64,000 nt of DNA, taken from NCBI GenBank assembly GCA_951406725.2, contig OX597827.1, positions 57,598,001-57,662,000 on the forward strand, written 5' to 3'. Below are positions 36,926 to 52,101 of this stretch, piece by piece; the stretch's first letter is position 1; each line of letters starts with the position of its first letter. This DNA is from Octopus vulgaris. Its lineage: Eukaryota. A program made the position numbers and the translations under genes. Below the pieces are notes generated by a model. It worked only from the letters and a program-made list of their open reading frames with translations. It was not told the DNA's origin and did no database searches.

Positions 36926-38465
36926 AAGATTATCATAATATTAAACAAACAAAAGCTTAAATTAACCCAGCAACCTTACTATCTATAATGAATTTATGGA
37001 CCTTTTTTTTTTTTTTTTGAGCAATCTTTATTTTTCTTGAAATAAAAGTTTTTTTTTTTTTAAATGGAACTTAACCTTAATCCTGAAATTATGAAACAGA
37101 GTCCATTTCTATAGTCCCAAACATACATATATGGAAATAATAGATCTGATTCTATTAACATTTATAGTGATAACTAATAGAAATGTACGTGTATAAATAA
37201 ACACATTAATACATGCAAACACACGGACCAGTACAAATGCCAGCATACACATTCAATGTGTTTTTTCACACAAACAGCATGCTTTTTAAGTTAATGGGGA
37301 GGAGAGAAAAAAAATCACAAATACAAATAAATAGATGCAAGCACATTGATGAGCACAAATGGAAATAAATACACACACACACACACACACACGTGTTTTT
37401 ATAAATAAGAGCAAGCACTGGAGTCTACAACCACTAAACACAACTGTATTTGTGTTTGAAAATGTAATCTAACATTCTGCTTGTGGTGGGTTAGTAAAAA
37501 AAAATATATTTATTGGAATAAGAGGTTTTATTTAAATGAAGGAGATGTCAGTGCCAAAATACCACACAAGTTACAAGAAAAAAAAAACATCTTTTTTTTT
37601 TTTTTGCCTCTCTTTCTCTCTTACAGATCCGTGACAACACAAAAGAGCTGACAGTTAAAAAAAAAAAAGACAAAAAATGCTGTGAGAAAAAGAGGCAGGA
37701 GTCTTGCACCACCGCCTCCATCAAACAGCTTTCCATGGCAATCACAGTTCTTTCCTTCCACACAGATCACAACTATTCCAGTCCTTTTCCCCATCTCAAG
37801 ACCACATTCCCTCCGCCACCTTGCTATCACTAGTCTCCCAACTACTATTATCACCAGTGCTGCCCACCACCACTAACACATTTTAGGTTGCCTCTCCTTT
37901 CCCAAGCTCTTTAATTTCAAATTATTCAAGTTTACTAATTTGTGCTGTATTTTTCCTTCTTGAAAGAAATTGGTCTAAATAATTATTACATTTCTATAAA
38001 CCATCAGCCATTGCTTTCATTCAAAATACCACTATTGTAATAATTGATTTCAAATTTTATCTCTTTCTCTCTCTCTCACCCTGTCTGTCTCTCTCACCCA
38101 CTTCAAATTTTGCAACATTATTTCCCAACACCAAACTCGTATATATTTTCTCCATATTATTATATCATATATTTGTGAATCATATTGTTGTTGGTTATAG
38201 GTTTCCTCACAGAACAAATAACTGGTTCCTTCTATTTCAGAGCATGAAAATGACAAAGGAGTGCCAATACAACTCATATGGTACATAAATGCCACAATGT
38301 ATTTTTAATTCTATTCAATCGCTTGCTGGCATCTATATATCTTTTAACAATATACATATACGTAAAATATATACACACCCACTGTTTTGTGTGCGCATGC
38401 ACACACACACGCACGAACATTTATATTACTTAAAAACAGTTTGATTTGATTCCATGCGACAAAGT

Positions 38466-38860
38466 AGTGGCTGTGTGGTAAGTAGCTTGTTTACCAACCA
38501 CATGGTTCCGGGTTCAGTCCCACTGCGTGGCACCTTGGGCAAGTGTCTTCTACTATAGCCTCGGGCCGACCAAAGCCTTGTGAGTGGATTTGGTAGACGG
38601 AAACTGAAAGAAGCCCGTCGTATATATGTATATATATATATATGCGTGTGTGTGTTTGTGTGTCTGTGTTTGTCCCCCTAGCTTTGCTTGACAACAGATG
38701 CTGGTGTGTTTATGTCCCATTTCCTTAGCAGTTCGGCAAAAGAGACCAATAGAATAAGTACTGGGCTTACAAAAGAATAAGTCCCAGGGTCGAGTTGCTC
38801 GATTAAAGGCGGTGCTCCAGCATGGCCACAGTCAAATGACTGAAACAAGAAAAAAAGAGT
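38466..38860 (+). mobile_element. SINE family A young full-length copy
   Basis: Near-identical to 15325-15725. Another + copy lies at 54726-55120. Confidence 0.9.
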
Positions 38861-39202
38861 AGGCCTCTAATAGAAGCCCATCTCTTTCAGGCTCTAGATT
38901 TTTAATACTGTTTTAGCCCTTCAGCATTTAAACTGGCCATATTCGACGCCGACATTCTACCTGTTTTATGTTCAAAACCAACCAGATCTGGCCTCTCACA
39001 CCTATCCCACAATGTCATTCTAAAAATAAAGTACCATATCAAATTCTTGAAGTGACAAGATAATGTATGATTAATTGAAAACTGTGTGAATAAATAAGCA
39101 TTACATTTGAGAGAGTAATCTGAATACGAACAGGTTAAACAATACACGTAACACCTAGTAAATGAGCTGAGTGTCCTTTTCCTTCATTTATCCATTCATT
39201 CG

Positions 39203-39279
<77 letters not shown>

Positions 39280-39284
39280 CGTTC

Positions 39285-39631
39285 AATATCAATAGAAATT
39301 GTAGCTGTGATATCAGTGCCGGTGGCATGTAAGAGAACCATCCGAACATGGCCATTGCCAGTGTCGCCCCGACTGGCCTCCATGCTGGTTGCATGTAAAA
39401 AGCACCATCCGATCGTGGCCGTTTGCCAGCCTCCTCTGGCACCTGTGCAGGTGGCACATAAAAAGCACCCACTACACTCGCGGAGTGGTTGGCGTTAGGA
39501 AGGGCATCCAGCTGTAGAAACACTGCCAGATCAGACTGGGCCTGGCGCAGCCTTCTGGCTTCCCAGATCCCAGTTGAACCATCCAACCCATGCTAGCATG
39601 GAAAACAGACGTTAAACGATGATGATGATGA
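39285..39631 (+). mobile_element. SINE-like family C copy between (TG)n(TA)n and (TA)n
   Basis: Three internal gcac/gcat.taaaaagcacc-type units, RTE-like motif, (GAT)n tail. Confidence 0.88.
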
Positions 39632-39818
39632 TATATATATATGTCAAGGATTGAACAGAAAGAATACAAGGAGAAAAAGTTAGACAAAAGCAGAGGAGAC
39701 AGAAAACTAGACGAAAACTTAATAGACAGGAAATTAAGGCAAGGACACGATAGATGGGAAATATATATATACACACACATGCACACCTGCATTCACAATA
39801 TTACATACACATTCTCAC

Positions 39819-39857
<39 letters not shown>

Positions 39858-41178
39858 CAAGGCTTCTGCACATTTTCCCAAGCTACCAAATTTCACCCAC
39901 TAAGCATTGGTGAAGCCAAAGCTATTGTACAAGACACTTGCCCAAAGTGCCTGCTGGTATTATTTTCATTCATTCTTTTATCATGACCCCCCCCACCACC
40001 ACCACCACCACTGTAACCTCAGCCTTGTCAAACTAATAATAATAAATCTAATGCTCTAGATGAGAGATGGCAAGAGGTGGGTACCAAGGATGATGTTTAT
40101 TTCGAATAAACATTCAGTTGAAATCATTCATCTAGAGTGTTTGTTCCATTAAAGCAGAATAATAGCTGCCCCCCACCCCAGTTGGGTGGGTGGGAGGTCA
40201 GTGAGGGATGGGGGGAGGGGCAAATTAAAAAGTCAGTCCTAGGGTTTTATCAGCATTGAACCACTTTGTGCCAAGTGTCACTACCCTCTACACAAAAACA
40301 CTGAGGGTGATATTACACTGCATCTGCTTATATACAACCGGTATAGTTCTAGCAAGTATACAGAAGAGAGAGAGAGTGTGTGTGTGTATGTGTGTGAGTG
40401 AGTGTACGTGTGCAAGAGAGGAGAGAGAGCATAATCATTTAAGTAGTTTTACATTCATTTTTCTCGAATATAATTACTTGAGTTTAAAAAAAAAAGTATT
40501 AGCACGAAAGTTTGTTTTTTGTTTTTTTTGTTGTTGTTTCAACCAGATGCCTTTTTGGGATGGCATTCGCGTGCGAGAGAGTGCAGTAAGAGCTGTTAGT
40601 CGTTTCTTACTTTAAAGTTGTGTATAGTTAAAGTACAAAGCTTTTCTCCACCTCCACCCCAATAAACAAAATAAAATAAAAATTGCTTAAATACTATAAG
40701 CTTTTTTTTTTCTAAGCTAAAACCTATTTAGTCCACCTTACTGAAAAATAACTACAATCCAACTACTACTTGGTTGAACTGATCGCAAGCTACAGAAACA
40801 CACACGCACATCCCTAACAATACAAATAAGTAATTTCATAAATTCTATAACAAACAATAAAGTCAGTGTTTTGTTTGCGTATCTGAAGGAAATAAACAAT
40901 AGTGAAGTATGTTTTTTACTCTTCTACTTATTCAAAAATAGCAGGAAAATAAGCCTAGCCTTGTTTAATTACACACTTTAATCATTATTGCTAAGCAATT
41001 CTTAGTGATATGTGAACCATGAATTTTTTTTTCTTTAATTTTTTTTCCCTTCGTAAAGCAGACATATACATCTCCGTATGCTTTGACAGAAGAAATAATT
41101 TCTGGAAAATTAATTAATCTCATACAGACTAGGTACTTTAATAAGATTTCTTAGAATGACATGATGGATTGTCTAGAG

Positions 41179-41415
41179 CAGTGTTGCCAATGGACCCCTT
41201 TGATTCCTATTTTACTCAGATGGACCCTCCTCACCATTCAATGTTTAAAAAAATTCTATTATATTTCTGTAATTAAATATTGCGAATTGTATAAACAAAA
41301 TTGTCAAAATATTTTGCCTATTGTTGAAGTAAAACCAATTCATTGTACAGATTTTAACAACAAAATCTTACATGAACCCCCAAGGGGCCATATGAATCCT
41401 AGTTGAGAACCACTG
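41179..41415. mobile_element. hAT (Charlie/Buster-like) MITE
   Basis: cagtgttgccaa...gttgagaaccactg with 8 bp TSD gtctagag/gtcaagag. Confidence 0.8.
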
Positions 41416-44400
41416 GTCAAGAGATAACAAAACAACTCATTTTACACATATGTATACCGTGTGTATGGACAATGATACAGTATGAGACAGAGTAGTAGAA
41501 ACAGAAAGAGCTAACACAACTGTAATAAATCCAAAAATGCCAGCAAACTTGGATCAGCTCATATGCTGTGGGAGCTATAAGATTACTGATTTTTCAAACC
41601 AAGCCCTTTCTTGGAGAGAAGATTAAATGTTTAGAAAAGTACTGAATAGATAAGGTTTCAAAAATTATCGAGAAAGAGAGAGATGAGTTTTGCCAAAACA
41701 GAGCACCAATGGTTTCTTTGAATTCTAGGTACTATTTGATAAAAATGTTAGTAAACTAAGATAAAATTAAACTAGGATGGGCATGTTTTAAATTTGTGTT
41801 TAGATTCTCAAATTTACATTAATCCTAGATATGATAAAACACCAACTTTTTAAGAACATGAAATATTCAGCATATCCTGGTAGTTCTTTAGCAGTGAGAC
41901 CAACAAATATAAGTTCAGTTTGTGCCAATGTTCAGTTTAGTACAAGCAATGTTTCCTTGGAGCTGTGGACTTGTACACATATGTATGCTTTACAAATAGC
42001 TCACAAAAAATGAAAGAGCATGTGTGCACAAGGTTTTCAAGAAAATATCAAAATTTTGTTTAAACGCAAGGAATTAACCATATAATTTCATAATAAAATC
42101 ATAATACACTCTTAAAAAGTGCATTTGCTTAGGTGCTCAAAGAATTTAGGCTACTCATGGATATGCATATACTGTGCAAAGACAAAATTTGCACACACAA
42201 CACAAATTTCCATGTACACCCACAGTAAAAAATAAAAAAATTAGAGGTAACATTGAATGTAAGAATGCTTTTCAAGAATTTTTAGAGTTAAAATTTAATA
42301 TTAATCTAATTAATTACAAGTCTTAGAAGAAATTTATTTACCCCAATATTTGTATGTGTATACAACATATATTTTATGTATGTGCATATATATATAAATA
42401 TATATATTTATTAGTGAAAATGTCTGAAATGTGCTGTCAATATAAGTAAGGAGATTAGATTTTTCCTATGTTGGAATTGATATTATAAATGGATGTCAGG
42501 TTGATAGAGTAAAACAGTTTTCGTACTTTCCATGTCAAAATTGTTGGAATGCAATAATCTCTAGTGTGCATGCATGTAACTAACAACTCTCGAAATTCCA
42601 TTTTTTTTTTTTTTTTTTTTTACAAAGTTTAATGATATTAAAAGTCAAATTCTATGACAAATAAAGATCCTCAAACTATTCATGATAATTCTATAAGACA
42701 GATGAGAATATCTTAAATCATAACTATTCAGCACTTTTTCTTTTTTTTTTTCCTTCTTCTGGCTTCAAATATTTTGTTTCGATACATTTGATAAATGCAG
42801 CCAAGGCAGTAGACAGGAACAAAAATAATATGGAGAGAAAGAGAGACTAATCAAAGAATACATGAATAAATATCCTTTACAGATTGCTGCAGCTGTATAG
42901 AACCAGAAAAGCTCACCAGACAGTTTATGTAAAGACAATAAATTAGAGCTCTGTATTTGTGTGGAGAATAGACAGATAGATAGATAAATAGACAGAGAGA
43001 GGTGCAAACAAGGAGAAAATAGTGCTTGAATATCTAAGGCAGACTGACTAAAATACTATTTCACTGAAGCTGAAAAAAATCTTCACAAACTATCACTCAC
43101 AGTTTCAAGTAAACGTTCAAACAATTGGGAGAATACAGAATAATAATATTCTGAATTCGCACAACTGTCTGACAATGGTCACATGAAACTGAATGATAGT
43201 TTCTGAAGGTTTTTTTTCCAGCTCTAACACACACGCAGCCACGAATGACTTAGGTTTGCTTTGCAACCATGTAGTTTCAGATTCAGTCCCACTGCACAGC
43301 ACTTTGAGCAAATATCATCTGCTATAGCCCTGGTGAACTTAAAGCCTTCTGATTGGATTAGGTAGATGGAACCTAAAAGAAGCTTGTTGTGCACATACAT
43401 ATATGTGTGTATCAAGATGAAATTTATACAGATATATTCTACGTACAGTTTAATCAGAATAAGGAAGAGCAAAACCCATCATCTTCCAACCAAGACCTCC
43501 AAGGACAGTGAGAGAATAAATCCTGTATCATGGATTACTGTAGTATGAAACTATGTATGAAGATACAAAGTTATTCTCAAAAGGAGCAGTTTGATTCAAA
43601 GTCCTACACTGCCTTTTCTCTACATAAAGCTCTCTAGCTAGTTAAGAACTAAAGATTTCAATGGACTACAATTAGTCATCATTACCGTCTTTAACATTTG
43701 ATTTTCCATGCTTGCATAGATCAAATTAAAGAATGTAGGGGTAGAGTTTTCTGTGACCACATGCCCTTACTGTTGACCCCTCTTCACCCTTAATTGTGAA
43801 GTAATAATCTGGTTTATCAAGCAACAAACAGTCTACACACGCCTTCATAGTGGACTGTAAGCAAAGTCATTTTTACAAACCAGAGAGTGAAACATGTACA
43901 CAAGGAAATATGAAATCACTCACTTCATACATAAACAGACTTCTTTCAGTTTCCATCTAGCAAATTCACTTACAAGGCTTTGTTTCACCCAGGTCTATAG
44001 CAGAAAGCCCACTTGCCCAAGATGGAACCAAACCTGAAACAAACTTAACTACACAGTCATGTCTGTCCCTAGCCCAGTATAAAAATTACAATAATATAAC
44101 TATTGCAGGAATTTGGATGAAATTTGTTGATACAATATAATGATTGTTGGGGTACATTGTGAACGTGGGCTTTTACCTGTTGTCATGTCACTTTCACTAG
44201 CCCAAGTAGGTTGAATACAGGTAAGTTGATTTGTTCTAACATATTTACAAGGTATCATTTGCTGGCTATAAATTTGTTTTCTCTGGTGAATTTGTGCTTC
44301 AGTTAGTCTCTATAACTTGGAAGCTGCACAAATCTCATTAAAAAATGTATTTTGATATATGCCTTAATTGTCTCCATTCAAAGTTTTTATAAGGCCCAAC

Positions 44401-45554
44401 AAATTAGTGCTATATACTCATATTACAATAACTACACTCACCTCATTAACCAGTCAATATGCAGAGACCTCACACTTAAAATATATTAGTAAATTAATGT
44501 TTCATTTATATTTTTAAATCCTCCCCACACACTAATAAAAGCATCACTTGCAATATCAAGTACAATCCTGTTCAGAACTGATAAATCCTGACATCAGTTT
44601 GTGACATTGAAATATCACTATTTTCTCTAATCCAAGCTCTCATTCTCAGATTAAATCATTAATAAATAAAATCACCAAATTCTAACTCACCACTTTAGGT
44701 ATTAATTCCCATTGCACCTAACATTGAACGAATAAAAATCTGGAGAAATTCACTCAGTAAAATGCAAAAATTAAATACACATGGTGCAAACAGACAGTCT
44801 TTTAATAGGAAGTTCATTCTAAAATGAAGCTAAACTTGGCTCCTTGAACAGAAGAGTGCTTAGTTTTAGTTTCTAACCTCAAACAACAACATTCATTCAG
44901 TTACTAGCAGTTTAGGATTTGGAGATAGTCATGGATACTTTCTATATAGGATCATAACCCTTCTGATACCAAATCACCTGAGACCACGCTAGATTTATAA
45001 TACAAAAATTGGATAGTTTCAAGTGTTTATATTTAAGTTATCATAATCTTATAAAAGAATTTATTTTGTTAAGTTACATTCCAAACATCGGCTTCATGGA
45101 GAGGTTAGTTATTTTACTAAATTCTTTGTGGGCAGTGAACTTCATAATAAAATATGGTCACAAAAGGGTTAGGTCAGATTGATTAGGTCTGTTGTCCAAA
45201 CAGAAGTTTCTATGTTAATGTTACCAACCAGAATTTTATGAGAAGCTGATGGACATGGGCAAGATAAATTTTTTGATGGACAATTACACTAAATTTCCAA
45301 AGTATTCTGACAAAAACTACTCAGAATGAAATTAAAAAAATGAAAAACTTGGTTAGGAAACTAAAAATTTCAACAATGTTTAAACTCTGAAGTTATTTAA
45401 CATAAACTTGTGCCAATTTCAAAGAATTGCCGATTATCATGATTCCAATAAATGAAATGAGAAGGCAAAATTGTTTAAATTCAGCCCATGGATTGGGAGT
45501 TTGCAAACCATCATAACAGTCTACTTAGAAAATATAAATTTGATAGTAAAATCA

Positions 45555-46205
45555 CTGACGTGGCCAATGACAGTACCACCTGATTGGCACTCATGCGAGT
45601 GGTGTTAAGAGCACATCCGAGCGTGGGGTGTAACCAGCCCACTTATGAGTACTCCTCATTCATTGGACAATAAACTATACTTGTGAAGAGCTATTGAGGC
45701 AAGTGAAATCAAATCAAAATTGCTGATGTGGCTGATGGCAGTACCACCTGATTGGCACTCATGCCAGTGGAACGTTAAAAGCACATCCGAGCATGAGTGT
45801 TACCAGGGTCACAAATTGGCTCCCATGCTGGTGGCATGTAAAAAGCACCATTCAAGCGTAATCATTGCCAGCGTCGCATGTCAGGCACATCTGCTGGTGG
45901 CATGTGAAAAATAATATTGTGCGTGGTCGTTGCCAGTGCTGCTGGACTGGCTCCCGTGCAGGTTGCACATAAAAAAACACCTTTTGAGCATGGTCGTTGC
46001 CAAAACCTCCGGACTGGCCCTCATTGCAGTGACACGTAAAAGCACCCACTACACTCTTGGCGTGGTTGGCATTAGAAAGGGCATCCAGCTGTAGAAACTT
46101 TGCCAGATCAGATTGAGCCTGGTGCAGCCTTCTGGCTCACCAGCCGTCAGTCAAACAGTCAAACCCATGCCAGCATGGAAAGCAGACGTTAAATTATGAT
46201 GATGA
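45555..46205 (+). mobile_element. Long SINE-like family C copy with many internal tandem units
   Basis: cagtaccacctgattggcactcatgc twice, then several ggtggca.gtaaaaagcacc units, RTE-like motif and (GAT)n tail. Confidence 0.85.
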
Positions 46206-49200
46206 GGAGGAGAGCCAAATACTAGAGATAATTGGTCAATAGTTAAGGTAACTTAAGAGCTCTACATTCAAGTGAAGCTACAGCCATCAACTATAGAATG
46301 AAAGTAATGGCAAACTTCCTTTACATTCTGTCAAAAAATTCTTCTACAAGCAAACAAAGAACACTAAGAGAATAAAGTATACAGAACAAGATATTTTCCT
46401 TAAAAATTGTTTGTCTTAACAATAGACAACCACTACCAAATACTTGTACTCATTTTATTCAGATTATAACAATGGAAAAAACAAAATACAAAAAAAAAAC
46501 CCAGCAAGCTTCACTCATTGTTTATGGCCAACTACCAACCAATCTACTTGAACCAGTTTTATTTCTCCATCAGAATTAATTATCTTCACATCACAAACTT
46601 CCAGCAAAACAAACCTTTACATGAATTTTGGGCATCCAGTGCTCACCAATACTTATCAATTAACTCATAATCATTATATTATACACTCTGAAAACAAAAA
46701 AAAATTCTATCAAAGCATTCTTGAAAAACATGACCTCATTAATATCCACAAGCAAACCAACAAGAGCCCTAACAGTTAATAACTTGTTAGAAAGAGCAGC
46801 TAATCTTTTCTTAAATCATACTGTACGTCTTTAAAAGCTGAGAACTAAATTACATAATGTAGTCCTTTATATTCCTAAAAGACTAGATGGTCCTAGTTAG
46901 TATACTTTTGACTGTGGTTGAATTCAACTTGATTCCACGTAGCCCAACTTACATGAAGGCCTAGTAATAATAGATGTTACTGTCTGGTATTTGAAATGCA
47001 GTCTCTGAGGGCTTCTAGAGGACAAGGGTGCCCTTCCTCTGGATAAAAAATAAAAACGAAAAGCAATAACAATTCTCTAATATAATATAAAGCTTCAAGA
47101 TTTATATTATATTAGAAGTATTATTGTATTACCTGCTTGAGTGCTTAAGATACCTCCATCAAACTGCAGATCATGCACAGCAGAAAGATAGATCCTCAAA
47201 ATAAAGGCCAGCAACAAGTGGTTAATGGAGAGCAGAGTTGAGAGAGAGATTCCTTTGCCTGTAGAGACAGATGCCATGGTGAATGAATTTGTGAATAATA
47301 TTGTACATTTATCCATCATAGCTAGACCGAAGGTTATGTATCAGTGAGGAGGTCTAATAAGATCAAAACATGTCCACAGTTTTCACTCATATTTATATCA
47401 AAATTTGTAAACAACACTCATTCATTTAGAGTTTTCTAATAGATCAATTACTGGGTGACTACATTTCCAATAGTGATTGTGACCCGGGATAATTTGATGC
47501 AAAACAAATATCACAAGAGATTTTGTTTGAAGAACACTTACACACTACACATATGTACATGCATATATGTGTGTATACATACATACCTATACATTTGCAA
47601 AAAGCACACAGTACACCCTGTGGAATAGTTTGTATTAGGAAGAGCATCCAGCCACAGAAATCAAGCAAAAACAGACTATGGAACCTTGTGCAGACTCTGG
47701 TCTTGCCAGTTCCTGATAAGCTGTCTAACCCATGCCAGCATGGAAAGTAGACGTTAAATGTTGATGATTATAATGATATTTGTATGTATACACACACATG
47801 CCTACATAACTATAAGTGTGTGTGTGTGTGTGTTTGGGAGTGTGCTCCAACATATGAAAGGCTTCTGAAGAGTTTTTGTCTACTAAATTCCTCTTGAGGT
47901 ATTGGTCAATCAAAAGAAAATGGTGGAAGACACTTATAGAAGGAGCCACTAATACATATTGAACCGGAAGCAATACAGTTGTGAATTAAACCTCTTGACC
48001 ACACAGTCATGTGCCTGGTCTCAGTAAATACTTGCTGGAGTAATCAAAATAACAGGCTTTGACTAATATTTGTTCTTTGCTGCGTAATTATTTCTAATTA
48101 TGCTTTTTAGCATTCGCTGCATTTAAATACATCTTAAACTAACTTAGGTCATTGCTAAGTGTTTTTGCTGGAGACACAGAGAACAAATACCAACAATCCT
48201 TCAATTTCTACAAATCAAACTAGCTGCATGCATCCCTATTAGAAGAGAGATAAATAGTGTGAGGAGGTATTTGATAATACAAAGTCAACAGAGTATTTCC
48301 AAAAATAAAGGGAATTCTATGTAGCATGAACATACACAATTTTTGTATCAGATGGATGTTTAAGTCTGGTGGGAATTAAACTCATCATATGAGTATATCT
48401 GATCTATTTCCTTCCAGCTAAAGATAGCTCTCCTAGAATTTATATGAGAAATATTTGGGATATCATCTTCATCTGTTGCTATTTTTATCACTATGTCTTG
48501 AATCAACACCGATGCTGTGTTTCCTCCCACCGTCAGTTATATTTTAATTTAACTTAGCCTACACAAACTAAATTTTGCTAATAATTCTCTTCTGTCTTCA
48601 GTTTGACAGCTTTCAAAAAGATAATTAAGTACAAGTTTCTGATCAAGACACTTGATAGGCAACAGTTGAAATTTATGTACAAATCTGGACATGAAACTCT
48701 GACACTTGGCAACAAAAGAAAGAAAAAAGAAAAGCCTCGCCACCAGAAGAAACAAAATTACATTGAGCTGATCTGCTTCAAGGATTGAAAACTTTAATGT
48801 TTCAGATAATCATCTTTCTTCAGAGAAAAACAATGCAGGGCAGTGGTTCTATCACTCCTTGCAACCACTATTTAATCCTACGCAGTCTTTAAAGTTGTTT
48901 CTCACCTCTATTTCCACCATCTCTTGCTCCCTCATACACTCCTGCAAATCCTCACTCACACTTCTAGTTCGAGTCTCAACACACCTCTACTCACCTCATA
49001 CCTTGAGGATTCCCTTGAGCTTGCAGCTCACACTGAGCATTCTTATTATATCTTTTAAAGATGAGTAACCATGTAGTACCTCTACAAAAACCTGCTATCC
49101 CCTCCCTTCTTCTGTACTTGAAAGCCCACCTGCACCCATCTCCTTGCATAAATGCTGTCCCACCACCAAAACCACCCCGTTGTGTACTCTCTCTCTCATG

Positions 49201-49381
49201 AGCTGCATGGCAACCTTGCCTGCACCAATGGTACAAAAAAAAAGTACCCAGTAAACTGGTTGGTGTTAGGTAGTGCATCCAGCTGTAGAAACCATACCAA
49301 AGTAAACACTGGAACATGTAGTTCTTGAATCCATCAGGCCCAGTCAAACTGTTCAACCCATGCCAGCATGGAACACAAACA

Positions 49382-49609
49382 TTAACCCTTTAGTGTTTAA
49401 GCTGGCCATACCCAGCTCAAATATTCCAGCTGTTTGATGTTCAACCTGGCAAGATTCAGCCTCTTACACCTACACTGCAATGTCATTCTAAAACTAAACA
49501 AATACACCATCGAAATGTCAGAGCTACAAGATAATGCATAATTAATTCAAAGCAATACAAATAAATAAGCATTACATTTGACAGAGTAATCTGAATGCTA
49601 AAGGGTTAA
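49382..49609. mobile_element. piggyBac-type MITE family 1 inserted into the TTAA of a family C tail
   Basis: TTAA-ccctttag...ctaaaggg-TTAA. Confidence 0.88.
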
Positions 49610-51113
49610 ATGACAATATCTAATTCAACGTGAAAGTACTTCTTTTTACATATTCGCATAAATTAGCAGGCCACATTGTTAAATTTTTATGGAAATTACT
49701 GAAGGCAAGTACTTTGATAACAATATGACATTGGACTTTGGCATATCACCAGTCATGCTTCTGTTCAACACTAGACTTATGTTCCAACTCTGAAACAAAT
49801 TTTTTATACTTGGCTTAAATATTTTATTTCTGAGAAATATCTTGGCCGCTCAAAAGACTCAGCACTCCAGCATAGTGCTCCTTTATGAGTTTACAATGTG
49901 GGCACTACTGTCTAGAGTGATATAAAGATTAATACCATGGTCCACTTCGATGGTAGCCATTACAGAATTATAACACACACAAATCAAATTATCTCTTGCA
50001 TTTATTGTGTAAGTGGCTCTTCAGGAACAAATGTACCAAGTGTGCACACATGCATGTTAATGCGAGTTGAATGCTCTCTCAACTGTGATATTTGCATGAC
50101 TGGTTGACATGGACATTTTACATCCAGATTATATCCCTAACGCCAAAGCATACATTGCCAATTGATGCAAATAGCATCAAAAAGTTTCATTTAAATTATT
50201 ATTCACAGTGCTCCTGCATGGCCACAACCTCTGTCTGAAACCAATAAAAATACTAAAAAAAAAATCCTTCAGCACCATGGACAAAGATATTAATTAAGAA
50301 TATAGTTGAAGTAATTATAAATGAAAAGAGGAAAAAGCAAAGCAGAGAAAGAACAAAAAGAAAACTGGAGGTGAACTAGAAAGAAAAAAAGCGACTGAGT
50401 CAAGATAATCATTTTGTTCAAATAATGAAAGAATTCAATGAGATTTTATTTCACACTGTTTTTGTTTTCATCTCTTACCAGGATTCATTACAAATGGTAA
50501 AAATAATACCAGGAATAATTTCCAAGGACTTTACATAAACAGATAAATACATAACACTATATTATTAAACAACTTTCTCGAGTCAACAAATGATGTCTCT
50601 ACTTGGCTGTTAAACATACCAATAAGCTAGCAATAACAACCAAATAAATCTATGAAAAAACAAAAAAAAGCCCAGACAGACAGGCCAGTAGTCGTGGAAT
50701 ACCTAGGGTTTAAAAGCAGCAACAAGAATTATTACTATTTCTTATCAGTTACAAGTAGCTAAAATCTCATGATTCACAGACCTATCATGGATGAAACTGT
50801 GCTCATATCTTTCTCCTGCACTGAGTTCAAAGAGCATAGAATTCAATATTTGAAGTCAAATAACTAGGTTTTTGAAAGCTGTGTCATCAAGCAGATGAAC
50901 ATCATGATTACACTAGAAAAATTTTAAAAACTCAACAATTAAAAATAATCAATCGATAGGCAAGCCTACATGCTGACACCAGCTGAATGAAGTTTTAACA
51001 AAATCCAACCTCAAGATTGTCTGCATTCAGTCAAGCTGTTAGGTCTTTACGTTGACCTGCCAGAAATAGCAGCCAAATTATATTACCATGCTCTCTCTCT
51101 CTCTCACACACAT

Positions 51114-51153
<40 letters not shown>

Positions 51154-52070
51154 CAAGGAAAAATTGTAAAAAGGCAGAATGCTAAATTGAAAGAAAATTT
51201 TAATGAAAATGGGTGTATGGAAAAAGTTTTTGAAAAATTGATAAAATATATAAATATATATTTATATTTATATATTATATTATATTATATCCTCATCATC
51301 ATCATAATTTAATGTATTTTCCATGCTGGTATGATTTGACAAGAGCTGGCAAGGAAGCGGGGGAGGGGGGCACACCAGGCTCTGCTTCCTGTCCTGGCAT
51401 GGTTTCTATGGTTAGATGCCTTTCCTAATACCAGTCAAATTGACCTGCTTCTCTGTAGACTGAAAAAATAACGAACAGCCTTAATTAATTTTCTACCCTT
51501 ATTGGGATCTCATCAAGTATCAGCATCACTTGACCAATTCCAGGTATCAATCCATTTACATACATCAAATCTTGTAGCTCTAAAGAACTGGAACTACTAA
51601 TTTGCATACTATAAATGTTTAACACTTTCAAGGCAAACTGTGTGTATGTGTGTGTGGAGGGGGAATAAGGGACAAAGAATGAAACTAATTTGAGTAAACC
51701 ATAAATCAAGATCTATTTCTTTTATCAGTCCCAGAAGAGCCAAAAGTATGAAAAAAGAAAAAATTCTCAGCTCCAAGGTGATCAGAACTCAGAATCATAA
51801 GGAAACTAAATACTGAAATACAAATTCCTGTAACCCACATAGATCCAATGATTTTTTTTTTTTTTTTTTTTGTTTATCTTTACTTGCTTCAGTCATTGGA
51901 CTGTAGCCATGCAGGGGGCACTGCCTGAAATGGATTTGCTCAGATAATTCTATTTTACAGTTTTAAAAGACTAAAAGATACTGTTCCTTACCTTCAGAAT
52001 AATTTTAATAAAAATTTCTGCTGTTCTACAAAAATATTCCAAGTTTAATTCTTAATGTTCAGCTATATAA

Positions 52071-52101
<31 letters not shown>

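Noticed and set aside
45820-46050. Regularly spaced ~20 nt repeats resembling a CRISPR array
   Set aside because: Eukaryotic intron, the spacers resemble each other, there are no cas genes, and it is part of a retroposon.
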